A stretch of 50,589 nucleotides of DNA from assembly GCA_021734995.1 (NCBI GenBank), contig JAIPHX010000001.1, positions 1 to 50,589 of the forward strand, given 5' to 3'. The position numbers and the translations under genes are program-made. Each line of letters starts with the position of its first letter. Positions within the stretch are counted from its first letter, which is position 1. This stretch comes from Minisyncoccota bacterium. GTDB taxonomy: Bacteria; Patescibacteriota; Minisyncoccia; Phycocordibacterales; UBA9973. This document shows positions 9,437-20,181 of the stretch, one piece after another. The notes beneath the pieces are model-generated. The model did no database searches. It was not told the origin of the DNA and worked only from the letters and a program-made list of their open reading frames with translations.

Positions 9437-12385
9437 ATGAACGGAATACATCTCAATAAAAATACTTTTATATCTTTTGCAATAATAACAAGCATTGTAT
9501 TTTCTCCTGTAATTTTAATTCCTAAAAAAACAAATGCTCAATCTATGGGAGCTTATGCAGCAACCCCTGGAGCAATAGCTACTATATTACCATTGTGTCA
9601 AGACTTTATAGGAGATGTGGGGAGTAGCATTAGTGGGTTGTTTTCATCCAAAAAAACTGACGCTATAGCTAATATACAAGCTGCTACAGATCCTAGCGCT
9701 GGAAAACTTTCAGTACCTTCCCCAAATGAATTAACGGGAGGGAAGAAAAGTACCAAAGAAGCAGCTAGTACAGGTCTTGCCACAACAAGAAATACAGTAT
9801 TAAGTCTTGAAAATGCTGTTCCGGTTAATCTTGGACCGGAAACTATTCAAGACATAAAAGACACAAAAAAGGATACCGAGGAAATAAAAAAGAATGTTGA
9901 AAAAGACAGTGCTTCTTATCGATGCCTTTCAGGTGTTGCGAAAACACTCATAAGAATTACATACCAAAGAATAACTCTAGCTACTATTGAATGGATAAAT
10001 TCAGGAATGAATGGCAAACCGGCTTTTATGACAGAACCTGGTGGTTTTTGGAAAGAGATACGCAATAGAGAATTTCTATCTTTTGGGTATGACATAAGTG
10101 ATCCAGAGAGTTTTCCTTTTGGAAAAAAATGGTTAAGAAAACAAGCTGTTGCTTTAAACAAACAGTTTAAAAACAACGCTAAGTACTCATTAGATGAGCT
10201 TACAAAAAGATCCTACCCAGACTTTAAAAGCCAAGAATTTTATGCAGACTTTAGCCATGGTGGTTGGAACGCTTGGTTGAATATGACACAAAATCCTTAT
10301 AATAATCCTCTGGGTTTTGATATACATGCATCCGAAGAATTAAGTAAATTACTCACAGGAACTGACAAATCAGCGGGGGAGGTGTTACAAGATTCTCTAA
10401 ATCAATCAGGTGGTTTTTTTGGCGATGAACGTTGTGTGAATCCAAAAGGATTAACAAGGCAAGAAGATTTAAAAGCCAAGAAAGAAGGGACAGGAGACAT
10501 TTGTACAAAATGGGAATACGTAACTCCAGGCAAACTTATTGCAGAGAAAGCTACAAAAATCGGAGATTATGATCTAGATATGCTGTGGATGAGCGCTGAT
10601 GATTTCAATAGTGCTATGGGGGCTCTCACAGATTCTCTTCTAGCACATTATTCACAAAAATACATAGACGAAGGGTTTGTTGACTTTACTAAATCTATTG
10701 ACCCAAATGCTATATATACAGGTGGTTATATTCTAGAACCATCCCAGACAGAGAAAGATTTCAATTTTAGTTATTTAAGTAATTCTTGGTTAAAATCTAA
10801 TCCAGACTTTAATATAAGAAAAGACCTAACCCAAGCGCTAGTGGATGAGCAGAGGACATATTTAAACAAAATCAAAGAACAAAACAAAGAATTACTTTAT
10901 GTAAATGGTGGAAATTACAAATTTACCAATGGGGTATCTAATGCTACAGGTTTAATCCCTACAATATATCAACTTGACTATTGTATCCCTGGGCCACATC
11001 CTGGATGGGAAAATGATTCAAGAGAAAGTTTGAATGCTGTCTTAGAAACTATTGTACCTCAAACCGCTGCCAACCTTGAAAAGGTTACCGAATATGATAT
11101 GTATCAGATGGCAAAATCAATGTCTGCGACAATTACTACTTCTATTATTAATTATAAAAATGGAGAACTCTTAGGTAAAACCTTGAGTGCCTTTTCTGGA
11201 CCTATTGGGATTCTGGCTGGTTTCGGTGTCCAAGCATTAATAGAGTCTATTTGGGGGGATAACAATCCAAGCCCAGCAACAAAGTTATTGGCTTATTATG
11301 GTGGTCTCATCCTGGGCATGACTGGAATGTTGCCTGATGTTAAGAATGCCACAGACAGCACGATAGTAAACTATACAACTAAATATGGTGTCTCTCAAGG
11401 TATGCATACATTACTTACTAGGTATGGTTTTATTATGAAGTTAACCTATGAAAACCAAAAATCATACACTCCACAACTATGGAATTTAAAATTTGAATCT
11501 AACACAAAATTTGAAGAAGTGACCGGATACCATTTTATGCTTGACAAAAACAAAGAAAAAGTTGGTAAGATGGAAAAAACAATTAAAGATTTGGTAGAAA
11601 TCAAAACATTCATTGACAACTTAAATATTCAACTTGAAAACCAAAGCATGAATCTTGATGAATATGAGACTCAGCTTGTCCCTTACAGAGCAAAGTTTGA
11701 AAGAGTTTCAAACGAAATGGTAAACGGAGCAGATATTGCTGTGGTAGATAGTTTGAATAAACAAATAATAGAGGAGAAGGATTATATATATAATTACTTA
11801 CTTAAGGGTGAGGATGGTTGCGAAAAACTTATGGAATCTCCACAACCTCCATTCCCTTATCCATGGAACGGAACACACAAATACTCAGATGGGTTTGATG
11901 TAAGATCTGTGCTTAGGGCTGTTTATCCAATACAACTACCTATCCTTTATGATTATCAATCTTTTGATATAGTAAAACCTGCAGTTGATTATTCATTGCG
12001 TGCTACATACCCTGATCCATTAAATAGAAATTTAACCACCAAAGTCCCTTACGCAGATGATGTAAATTATGTAAAAAAAGGATCAAACTATTGCCGTGAT
12101 ACACAACTAATATCAAATGGTTGCCGTTTTAGAGAAAGAGAATTTGGACCAGGATTCTTAAGTTTTGTATACTGGTCTGCAGGATATGTAAAAGATGATA
12201 ACAAAAGCACTGCAGAAAATAATGATTGGTATGAACATGTGCGTGGCCCTCAAAGATTACACATTCACGATATATTTGGTATAAAAGAGGAACAGGAAAC
12301 GAGATATTCAAGTGTTGGTCAAAAAAGAAAAAAAACCTCTCATGATACTGGTGGTGTTTTTGAAACTATTATTGGAATTTATTAA
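9437..12385 (+). CDS. Large secreted hypothetical protein of the T4SS-like cluster
   Basis: Signal peptide ending ..KTNA/Q; internal Gly-rich hydrophobic segment GPIGILAGFGVQAL; coiled coil; translationally coupled in the cluster. Confidence 0.8.
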   Translation: MNGIHLNKNTFISFAIITSIVFSPVILIPKKTNAQSMGAYAATPGAIATILPLCQDFIGDVGSSISGLFSSKKTDAIANIQAATDPSAGKLSVPSPNELTGGKKSTKEAASTGLATTRNTVLSLENAVPVNLGPETIQDIKDTKKDTEEIKKNVEKDSASYRCLSGVAKTLIRITYQRITLATIEWINSGMNGKPAFMTEPGGFWKEIRNREFLSFGYDISDPESFPFGKKWLRKQAVALNKQFKNNAKYSLDELTKRSYPDFKSQEFYADFSHGGWNAWLNMTQNPYNNPLGFDIHASEELSKLLTGTDKSAGEVLQDSLNQSGGFFGDERCVNPKGLTRQEDLKAKKEGTGDICTKWEYVTPGKLIAEKATKIGDYDLDMLWMSADDFNSAMGALTDSLLAHYSQKYIDEGFVDFTKSIDPNAIYTGGYILEPSQTEKDFNFSYLSNSWLKSNPDFNIRKDLTQALVDEQRTYLNKIKEQNKELLYVNGGNYKFTNGVSNATGLIPTIYQLDYCIPGPHPGWENDSRESLNAVLETIVPQTAANLEKVTEYDMYQMAKSMSATITTSIINYKNGELLGKTLSAFSGPIGILAGFGVQALIESIWGDNNPSPATKLLAYYGGLILGMTGMLPDVKNATDSTIVNYTTKYGVSQGMHTLLTRYGFIMKLTYENQKSYTPQLWNLKFESNTKFEEVTGYHFMLDKNKEKVGKMEKTIKDLVEIKTFIDNLNIQLENQSMNLDEYETQLVPYRAKFERVSNEMVNGADIAVVDSLNKQIIEEKDYIYNYLLKGEDGCEKLMESPQPPFPYPWNGTHKYSDGFDVRSVLRAVYPIQLPILYDYQSFDIVKPAVDYSLRATYPDPLNRNLTTKVPYADDVNYVKKGSNYCRDTQLISNGCRFREREFGPGFLSFVYWSAGYVKDDNKSTAENNDWYEHVRGPQRLHIHDIFGIKEEQETRYSSVGQKRKKTSHDTGGVFETIIGIY

Positions 12386-12391
12386 CTTAAA

Positions 12392-15300
12392 ATGAACACA
12401 AAAAAAACATTATTTATATGGACAGTTTTATTGGTAATTTTTTTGTTATTACCTCAAAAAATTGTTGCTCAATATTCCCCAGATTTTTTCAACGTTGAAC
12501 CAATATCAAATTATTCAAAAGACTACACTATAAAAACAAAGAGTAATTTTAATTTAAAATTTCAAATCCAAAACGGATTTACTGGGCACCCCGAAGAATT
12601 AAATTACTTACCGTCATATCCCCCTCGCCCAGAACGTAATTCAAAGATCCTAGGTTATTTAGATATAAACAATATAAACTATGATATTGATTCTGTCTTC
12701 CCAGAATCAACACGTAATGTCCTATGGCGTCTGAATGTCCCAATGTCAAAAAGAGGATTTACAGATCCAGCAATGTACCCAGCCCAAAGAAGCGAGTGTA
12801 CAAGCGGTGAATCCTTTTGCAATAGGTGGAATTTTAATTCAAACTATCACTATTATGTACCTGGATATTACCCACTATACGTAGACCCAATTCATTTAGG
12901 TGGTGCTGTCGATCATATGAGTTTTTACCAATACTTAAGTCCTACAACAAGTGTAAGAGACTATAAAATAGACAAAAAGTTTCTTTTCAAAAAAGCGCTA
13001 GAAGCAGATCCTGAAAATACTTACATAAAGTTGTCTTCGTGGGGGTCTTCGGCTGGGGAAATTTCCACCTCATATTATGGATATTTCTATTCAAATATTG
13101 AACTAACCCTTAAAATAGATAAAAACTGGCAAGCAAAACAATTAAATTATCTCCCAAATACAGAAAATATTTTAGACACAGAAGAAATATTCCCTTTTGT
13201 CCAAAACAGTAACGAAAGATCTCTAATTTACTATGGTTCTGATTTTGGAGTTTCATTTCCAATAATGTTTAAAACTAATAAGGTTAAACTCACTGGAATA
13301 AAAGAAAATTTGAGCTTCCTTATAGATAGACAAAAAGTTTCAAATTTAAAATCAGGTTTATATAAACTTCATTGGAGAATGCAACCCTGTTTTGCAACAA
13401 TACCATTATCCTATGGTCCTTTTACAAACACAGAATACCCAGTTTGCAACGAAGAAACAAACTTAATGATAAAAGGAGTTGAAGATATAAATTTTTTTGT
13501 GTTAAATTGTGATACTGACCCCAATAGATGCAATGTTGCAGATGCCTGCATAGGCTCACTCTTTTATGATTGGGATACAAATAGTTGTCTTGAGGGTGAC
13601 TTCGAGAAATTATGCGGAGAAAATCCAAATCACGCAGTATGCCTTAATTTAGGCTATGATGTAGAAAGTAAACTTCAAGTTACTACAAAAGATATGTGCC
13701 AAAGAACCTCAAGTTTTGTTGACTTAGAGGCTTCAGATGATACTCCTAGACCCTCTAGGATTCAAGAAAGTTGTGAAAATGCAGATGTTTGGGCCACAAT
13801 GAGAGGACAAGTGTTTTCTGATACTTTATTCCCAGAATTGCCAGTTACTACATATTTTAGATATTCTTCCCAACACATATATCCACCTCTATATTGTAAT
13901 GACATATATGGCACAAACATGATTGCTACCAAAGATATCAAAATCCCAGCAGGAACAACTCCAAAAGATTTTTATATTAGAGTCAACAATCTGAAACCAA
14001 ACACAAAATATTACTACTGCGCCATCGCCTCAAACAAGGCAGGGATTAAATATGGAGAGGTTAAAAGTTTTACTACATTTCCTTTGTATACAACAGTAAA
14101 AGCTGAGGGGTCTGAGGTAGTGAACCCAACTTCGGTTTATGTAAAAGGATCCTTTAATACAATGAAAGAGATAAAAACATATTTTGAATACAAAAAGCAA
14201 AACAGTAATAGTTTAGTAGGAATGTGGCTTGATTTATTGGATAATATTACAATAAGAAATACAAGGGAAAGTTCTTGGATTAAAGTAGGAGAAAAAACTC
14301 AAAAACCAAAAAACTACAACAACGCTCACGGTGAAACAAATTTTAGAATCTCTGACCTAGAACAATCTTCTAAATACATATTTAGATTTGTAGCCGAAGA
14401 AACTGAAACAAATAAAAAAGTGGTTAGTAATACTCTTGAGTTTGAAACACCCGCTGGGCCAGTAGTAATTTCTTGTGAGACACAGGGAACATGCCCTCCA
14501 GAAACAACAACTCGCCCTCTAGACTTATCAGCAGAAGGAGTCTATCCGAAAATACTAAATATAGATGGTATCATGTCCCTCACTTCAAAAATAAACAATT
14601 TAGGAGATGAATATTCAGGTGGAGACCAGAATCCATTTGCAGAAATTGTACAAGACTTTTTATCTCATACATTTCAAATAAATAAAGGGGATGGGATTGT
14701 TGATATCAACGCCTCTACAGAAGTTTTAGAGGTGAAGACAGAAGGAATTCAAGGAAGGGGAACAGCCGAAATAAGCATTGAACCTAAAGCAAACGCTGGA
14801 GATATTCTCACAGTAAGAGCTTGCGCCAGCTTGGCTGGAGAAAGAGACACTAACCCAAGCAACAACTGTGGATATTGGTCAATAGTTAGAATTATGTGTC
14901 CTGTTGAACAATATTTCAATTCTACAACCAACACTTGTGTTGGTCCAAATACTTGTGCTGAAAATGAAATATTCCACTGGCCGACAAAAACATGTGTTGT
15001 TAAAGCACAATGTGACCCTGAAAAAGAAGTATATATATCATGGAGCAATACTTGTATCCCGAAATCTATCAATTGCCCAACAGGAAGTACCGACCCTTTC
15101 TGTTTACCTGGGCCTGGTTGGGGTGGCGGTAGTGGTGGAGGTGGTGGTGAATGGAGTGGTGGTGGATGGGATGATGATGATTGGCATGGTGGCACATGGA
15201 CAGGTAGCAACGGAAATCAATGGTGTGGTGGTGTGTGGAGAAATGGAGTATGGACAGGAGGAGGATGGTGCAATCAAAATGCGGGAATTCCTCCAAATGA

Positions 15301-15637
15301 TGCCCTTGTAAGACAAGGTGAGGGGGTTGAACATGTATTTGTAAGGCAAATAATGAATAATCCAACACTGCAACAAAGATATGGATTTAACCCAACAAAA
15401 AATATCAACACTTTCGCTTGGGATATGGCACATTTACTTGCAAAAATACTAGGTTATGTTGGCAAGGAAGGGAAAGAAATTAGAGTAAGTATGCCAAACA
15501 TAGCAGCTTATGAACTTCGCCTCACAGACAATGGTCTAAATGTATATGAATATTACAACAACAAAATCATAAGTATTCAAAAAGTAATCCCTGTATTAAA
15601 AAACAAAGCAAGTTACGAATATTATTTCAAAAAATAA
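12392..15637 (+). CDS. Large secreted adhesin-like protein (two Fn3-like domains, CARDB/Ig-like domain, Cys-rich repeats, Gly/Trp-rich linker, C-terminal GEG(I/V)EH domain)
   Basis: Signal peptide; NNLKPNTKYYY...GEVKSFTT and SDLEQSSKYIFR...FET (Fn3-like); DTNPSNNC; repeated TxTCV. Confidence 0.82.
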   Translation: MNTKKTLFIWTVLLVIFLLLPQKIVAQYSPDFFNVEPISNYSKDYTIKTKSNFNLKFQIQNGFTGHPEELNYLPSYPPRPERNSKILGYLDINNINYDIDSVFPESTRNVLWRLNVPMSKRGFTDPAMYPAQRSECTSGESFCNRWNFNSNYHYYVPGYYPLYVDPIHLGGAVDHMSFYQYLSPTTSVRDYKIDKKFLFKKALEADPENTYIKLSSWGSSAGEISTSYYGYFYSNIELTLKIDKNWQAKQLNYLPNTENILDTEEIFPFVQNSNERSLIYYGSDFGVSFPIMFKTNKVKLTGIKENLSFLIDRQKVSNLKSGLYKLHWRMQPCFATIPLSYGPFTNTEYPVCNEETNLMIKGVEDINFFVLNCDTDPNRCNVADACIGSLFYDWDTNSCLEGDFEKLCGENPNHAVCLNLGYDVESKLQVTTKDMCQRTSSFVDLEASDDTPRPSRIQESCENADVWATMRGQVFSDTLFPELPVTTYFRYSSQHIYPPLYCNDIYGTNMIATKDIKIPAGTTPKDFYIRVNNLKPNTKYYYCAIASNKAGIKYGEVKSFTTFPLYTTVKAEGSEVVNPTSVYVKGSFNTMKEIKTYFEYKKQNSNSLVGMWLDLLDNITIRNTRESSWIKVGEKTQKPKNYNNAHGETNFRISDLEQSSKYIFRFVAEETETNKKVVSNTLEFETPAGPVVISCETQGTCPPETTTRPLDLSAEGVYPKILNIDGIMSLTSKINNLGDEYSGGDQNPFAEIVQDFLSHTFQINKGDGIVDINASTEVLEVKTEGIQGRGTAEISIEPKANAGDILTVRACASLAGERDTNPSNNCGYWSIVRIMCPVEQYFNSTTNTCVGPNTCAENEIFHWPTKTCVVKAQCDPEKEVYISWSNTCIPKSINCPTGSTDPFCLPGPGWGGGSGGGGGEWSGGGWDDDDWHGGTWTGSNGNQWCGGVWRNGVWTGGGWCNQNAGIPPNDALVRQGEGVEHVFVRQIMNNPTLQQRYGFNPTKNINTFAWDMAHLLAKILGYVGKEGKEIRVSMPNIAAYELRLTDNGLNVYEYYNNKIISIQKVIPVLKNKASYEYYFKK

Positions 15638-15719
15638 TAAAAATACTTTATTAAAAACTTAAAAAGTTATATAATGTGTGTGTGACCCTAAGAACTTTTT
15701 TGAGTTTTTATAAAAAAAA

Positions 15720-18431
15720 ATGAAATTTATTGTAAAAAAAATAATAGTATCAATTTTGACACTAGCTTTTTTTTTAGTACCTTTTAATGGAAAGTTTTTT
15801 TATTCCGCAACAGAAAAAGAATTAACACAAACAGCAATAGCTCAGACAGTTTCTATTTCAGATATAAAAATAGAACAGACAACTGATTCAACTATTTCTT
15901 TTTCTATTAAACTCCTCAATGTAGATGCAAATAAAACATTGACTGTATCTATCCACAAAAGTAAGCCAACTCTGGACAAACCATTAACAGAAGAAACTAT
16001 AAGAACTACCCAAAAAGAGGTGTCCGCCGCTCTTGAACAAAAAGTATCTGTAACATTCCAAAAAAGTGGAACACATCCTATAGACAACTCAACTACATAT
16101 TATATATCAGCTTTATTCCAAAATACCAAACAAAAATCTTGGGCATATGCATCTTTTGTAGGGGGATCTGTTGGTAGCACGATTTCAGAAGTAGAGACTA
16201 TTGCTTCAACTGATCCCGGTGAAAATGGTGAAGGTGATTTTGAGGAAATCACAGGAGGTTGTGGTTTTTTTAGTGGTGGAAAGGGATTTGCTGCTTGCTT
16301 TGCTTGGATTTTTTATTTAATTTTTGTGGTAGCCTCTAAAATTGCAACGCTATGCGCTATGTTTCTTGATTTTTTTGTTTATTATTCTACAAGCAGTGGA
16401 GCTTATTCTAATGGATTTATTTCTAAAGGGTGGGGAACAATACGCGACATTGCCAACATGTTTTTTATAGTAACTTTAATTTTTGTAGGAGTTAAGACTG
16501 TTCTAAACCTAAACGTAAGTGACAATAAAAAACTATTGGGTATGGTTGTAGTTATTGCGCTTACCATAAACTTTAGTTTATTTCTTACCAGAGTAGTAGT
16601 TGATGCCTCCAATATATTAGCTAGGTCGTTTTACACAAGTATCAAAGCTACAAATGCATCTGGGGATCCCTCTGTAGGTTCAGCAGGGGAAAAAAGGATT
16701 TCCGAAGGACTTGTTGCACAATTTAATCCACATAATATTATAAGAACGAGCGCTGATTATGACAAGTCAGGTGCTGGTGGATATATATTTATTGTCTTAT
16801 TCCTAACAGTTATAATATTATATACAGGATATGTATTTATGTCTGTGGCTGTATTCTTTCTCACAAGAGTAATATCTATATGGATTGCTATGATCTTTTC
16901 TCCTATTGCTTTTGTCTCAGTAGCCCTACCTTTTGATATACCAAAAATGAGTTTTGGTCATTGGTGGAATGACTTGATAAAAAATGCAATGATGGCACCA
17001 GTTTTTGTATTTTTTTTATACATAATAGTAATGTTAAGTGGAGAACTTAATGCTATCATTTCTTATCAAGAGCCAACTTCAGCAGCTGAGTGGGTTGAGC
17101 AACTAATGGCAAAAGTAATTCCATTTTTAATAATTATGGGATTATTACAAAAAGCAAAATCAGTGACTGCAGATTACGCTGGGGAAATAGGAGCAATGGC
17201 ACAAAAAGCAGTAGGTACTGTAGGCACAGTAGCAGGAGGGTTAGCTCTTGGGGGAGTGGCTGGACTAGCGGCAAAAGGTCTCTCTAGTACTGTGGGCGCA
17301 ATGAGTTCAAAAATAGCAAACAGTGAAGGATTAAAAGATGCTTCTAAGAAAAAAGGTATCCAAGGGTTTATGAGCAAAAAACTACTTAATGCCTCAGACA
17401 AGCTGTCCGGATCTTCTTTTGATATTAGAAAATCTCCTATAAACTCTTTGGTGGCAAAAACTGGTATAGACATGAATAAATCAAGTATGATAGGTCTTGG
17501 GACCAATAAAACAGAGGGGGGATATAAGGGATCTATGGAAAGAAAAGACAAAAAACAATCAGAAAAAGAAAAGAGGGAGGAGGAAAGATTAAAAACAAAT
17601 CTTACAGATACGCAAGTTCAAGCGAAGTATGGTGCTGATGGCATAACAACAGCTGCCGAACTAAACAAACGAAGAATACAAGAATACAGAGATAATATTG
17701 GAAAAGGTGGGCTAATGCACTCTTTGGCATATTCAGCATATGAAAAAAAGAGCGAATGGAGGGGTGAGGGACTCAGCCCAACAGAACTTAATTTGAAAGC
17801 TGAACAAGCTGTTAAAACTATTAAAATTGGAGTAGGTGTCGCAGTGGGCACAGTGCTGGGGGCTGGTGTAGGTGGGGTTATTGCTGCTGGAGTAGGAGCA
17901 GTTAGTGGAGGTGTGGTAGGATTGAAAGCAGGAAAACCATCAGCAGAATATGAAAGGTTGGCTGCAAAAAGAAGGGGGGAAAACAAAAAAGAAGAAGATG
18001 CAGATGTAAAAGACAAAGAAACCCTTGTAAAACTAGACGAGAAGAAGGAAAGTATTGAAAGGATTCAAAATGAAATTAATGACAGGCCTAGAAACGCTGG
18101 AGAAAACTTGAAAGAATATGTGAAAAGACAATTAGCGGAATTAGAAAGAGAAGTAGATACCGTAAAAGAAACTGAGAAATTTGCAAGAGAACAAAGAATG
18201 AAATTAGAAGCTAAATTACCAACACTTACAGGAACAGAACTAACAAATGCTCAAACACAAATTGCAACATATCAAACCCAAGAAAATACTGCAAAAAGAA
18301 GAGCTCCTACCCTAATAGAAGACCTAGAGAAATTCAAAATAACAAAAGATGCAGACGATAATTTGACTAATATACACAACCAAAAGTTATCGGTAAATGA
18401 CAGGATTAAAAATAGATTTACTAAAAAATAA
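15720..18431 (+). CDS. VirB6/TrbL-like polytopic membrane protein with N- and C-terminal extensions
   Basis: GWGTIRDIANMFFI...INFSLFLTRVVVDASNIL and R(V)ISIWIAMIFSPIAF...WW..L motifs; multiple TM helices; lies upstream of prgI/virB4-like genes. Confidence 0.75.
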   Translation: MKFIVKKIIVSILTLAFFLVPFNGKFFYSATEKELTQTAIAQTVSISDIKIEQTTDSTISFSIKLLNVDANKTLTVSIHKSKPTLDKPLTEETIRTTQKEVSAALEQKVSVTFQKSGTHPIDNSTTYYISALFQNTKQKSWAYASFVGGSVGSTISEVETIASTDPGENGEGDFEEITGGCGFFSGGKGFAACFAWIFYLIFVVASKIATLCAMFLDFFVYYSTSSGAYSNGFISKGWGTIRDIANMFFIVTLIFVGVKTVLNLNVSDNKKLLGMVVVIALTINFSLFLTRVVVDASNILARSFYTSIKATNASGDPSVGSAGEKRISEGLVAQFNPHNIIRTSADYDKSGAGGYIFIVLFLTVIILYTGYVFMSVAVFFLTRVISIWIAMIFSPIAFVSVALPFDIPKMSFGHWWNDLIKNAMMAPVFVFFLYIIVMLSGELNAIISYQEPTSAAEWVEQLMAKVIPFLIIMGLLQKAKSVTADYAGEIGAMAQKAVGTVGTVAGGLALGGVAGLAAKGLSSTVGAMSSKIANSEGLKDASKKKGIQGFMSKKLLNASDKLSGSSFDIRKSPINSLVAKTGIDMNKSSMIGLGTNKTEGGYKGSMERKDKKQSEKEKREEERLKTNLTDTQVQAKYGADGITTAAELNKRRIQEYRDNIGKGGLMHSLAYSAYEKKSEWRGEGLSPTELNLKAEQAVKTIKIGVGVAVGTVLGAGVGGVIAAGVGAVSGGVVGLKAGKPSAEYERLAAKRRGENKKEEDADVKDKETLVKLDEKKESIERIQNEINDRPRNAGENLKEYVKRQLAELEREVDTVKETEKFAREQRMKLEAKLPTLTGTELTNAQTQIATYQTQENTAKRRAPTLIEDLEKFKITKDADDNLTNIHNQKLSVNDRIKNRFTKK

Positions 18432-18458
18432 AAAATTATAAATTAACAATATAAACAT

Positions 18459-19058
18459 ATGGAAGTTACAATAGAAGAAATACAACAACAATTTGATACT
18501 TTACCAGAAGAATTAAAACTGGCCATTATTGATATCAATATTGATGATAAAATAATAGAGATAGGTAATAATCACAATTTAACAGTTGGCCAAATCCAAC
18601 AGCTCTCTTTGGAGGTGCATGTGCATGCTTATGGTATGTTACCTATGGAAGGGATGCAACAATCCATTCAAGACAGTTTAAAATTAGAACCAGAAAAAAC
18701 CAAAACAATTGTGGAGGAGATAAATGAAAAGATATTTATTCCAATAAGAAAAAATATGCAAGAAGAGGAAGTTGAGACAGAAGGAGGGGGGGAAGAAAAT
18801 AAAAATATTAAAAATACTAATCTACAAGAAACAGAAGAAAAATTAAAAAATCCTAATACTGAACAAGAGCAGATCACAAATATTATTAACCAAAAACTGG
18901 TAAATGGATTTAAAGCTCAGACTTCTATATCAGAACACAATTTAAACAATATCAAACCTCCTACAAGCACACCAAGCCCAACTCCTGAGACAAAAAATGT
19001 AGAAACACAATCAAGCACAGACTTGAAAACAGACCCATACAGAGAATTACCTGAATAA
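18459..19058 (+). CDS. Conserved hypothetical protein (helical N-domain, disordered tail ending DPYRELPE)
   Basis: LPEELKLAI...INEKIFIPIR; position in the cluster. Confidence 0.75.
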   Translation: MEVTIEEIQQQFDTLPEELKLAIIDINIDDKIIEIGNNHNLTVGQIQQLSLEVHVHAYGMLPMEGMQQSIQDSLKLEPEKTKTIVEEINEKIFIPIRKNMQEEEVETEGGGEENKNIKNTNLQETEEKLKNPNTEQEQITNIINQKLVNGFKAQTSISEHNLNNIKPPTSTPSPTPETKNVETQSSTDLKTDPYRELPE

Positions 19059-19120
19059 ATCTCACAAAAAATTATCAAGGGGATTACATAATAATCTTTC
19101 AATGATATAATAATATCAAG

Positions 19121-19528
19121 ATGCAATTTAAGGTACCCCAATTTTTAGATATAGAAGATAAAATATTTGGTCCATTCACCTTCAAACAGTTTGTATACTT
19201 AGTGGGAGGTGCTGGGCTATGTTATATTTTATTCAAACTACTTGGATTTTTAATTGGAGCAATACCAATATTAATAGTGGGATCCATTTCTTTGGCCCTA
19301 GCTTTCTATCGACCAAATGGAAAACCTTTTATAAACATGCTTGAAGCTGCTTTAAAATATACAATTCAGAGCAAGCTCTATATTTGGCAAAAATACAAAG
19401 ATGCAAAAAAAGAAACCAGAAAAGACCCTAGAGAAATACAAACAGAAGAAAGGGGAAGCCCTAAGCTAACAACAAACAGACTTAAGGATTTAGCATGGAG
19501 TCTGGATGTATTAGATAAAAAAAATTAA
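19121..19528 (+). CDS. prgI: PrgI-family (VirB3-like) membrane protein
   Basis: VPQFLDIEDKIFGPFTFKQF motif; two TM helices. Confidence 0.85.
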   Translation: MQFKVPQFLDIEDKIFGPFTFKQFVYLVGGAGLCYILFKLLGFLIGAIPILIVGSISLALAFYRPNGKPFINMLEAALKYTIQSKLYIWQKYKDAKKETRKDPREIQTEERGSPKLTTNRLKDLAWSLDVLDKKN

Positions 19529-19529
19529 T

Positions 19530-20174
19530 ATGGCATTAAAAGCAAAAACAACTCAAGAGTTTGTCCCTATAAAAGAAATCCGAGATGGGATTATTGTTTT
19601 AAAAGATGGTGGAATGAGAGCAATAGTGCTAGCCAATTCTGTTAATCTGTCTTTAAAATCAGATGAAGAACAGAGAGCTACTATATTCCAATTCCAAGGA
19701 TTTTTAAACACTTTAGACTTCCCAATCCAAATATCTGTTCAATCAAGAAGACTCAATATCAAGCCATACATAGCTACTTTAGAGAATAGGATGCGAGTTC
19801 AAAATGAACCATTATTAAAAATACAGACCAAAGAATATATCGATTTTATAAGGACATTTACAGAGCAAGTAAGTATTATGACAAAAAACTTTTTTATCAT
19901 TGTCTCTTACTCAGACACTTCTATAATGCCTAAAGGAAATTTTCTTGAAGAGCTTTTTGCAAAAAAAAGCAAAGAAGAGCTCCGAAAAAAAGAGGAGTTA
20001 GATTTTGAAGAAAAAAGATCTCAACTTGAAGAAAGAGTAAGTGTAATAAGACAAGGACTATCTCGTTGCGGAATTCAATCAGCTCAACTTGGTACAGAAG
20101 AAGCCATAGAAGTATTCTACAAAGTATTCAATCCTGGAGAAACAGAGGGCAAAATAAACACAAGTAATATATAA
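19530..20174 (+). CDS. TraC/VirB4 N-terminal-like accessory protein
   Basis: VNLSLKSDEEQ...FQGFLNTLDFPIQISVQSRRL; lies between prgI and the ATPase. Confidence 0.7.
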   Translation: MALKAKTTQEFVPIKEIRDGIIVLKDGGMRAIVLANSVNLSLKSDEEQRATIFQFQGFLNTLDFPIQISVQSRRLNIKPYIATLENRMRVQNEPLLKIQTKEYIDFIRTFTEQVSIMTKNFFIIVSYSDTSIMPKGNFLEELFAKKSKEELRKKEELDFEEKRSQLEERVSVIRQGLSRCGIQSAQLGTEEAIEVFYKVFNPGETEGKINTSNI

Positions 20175-20181
20175 TCATTAT

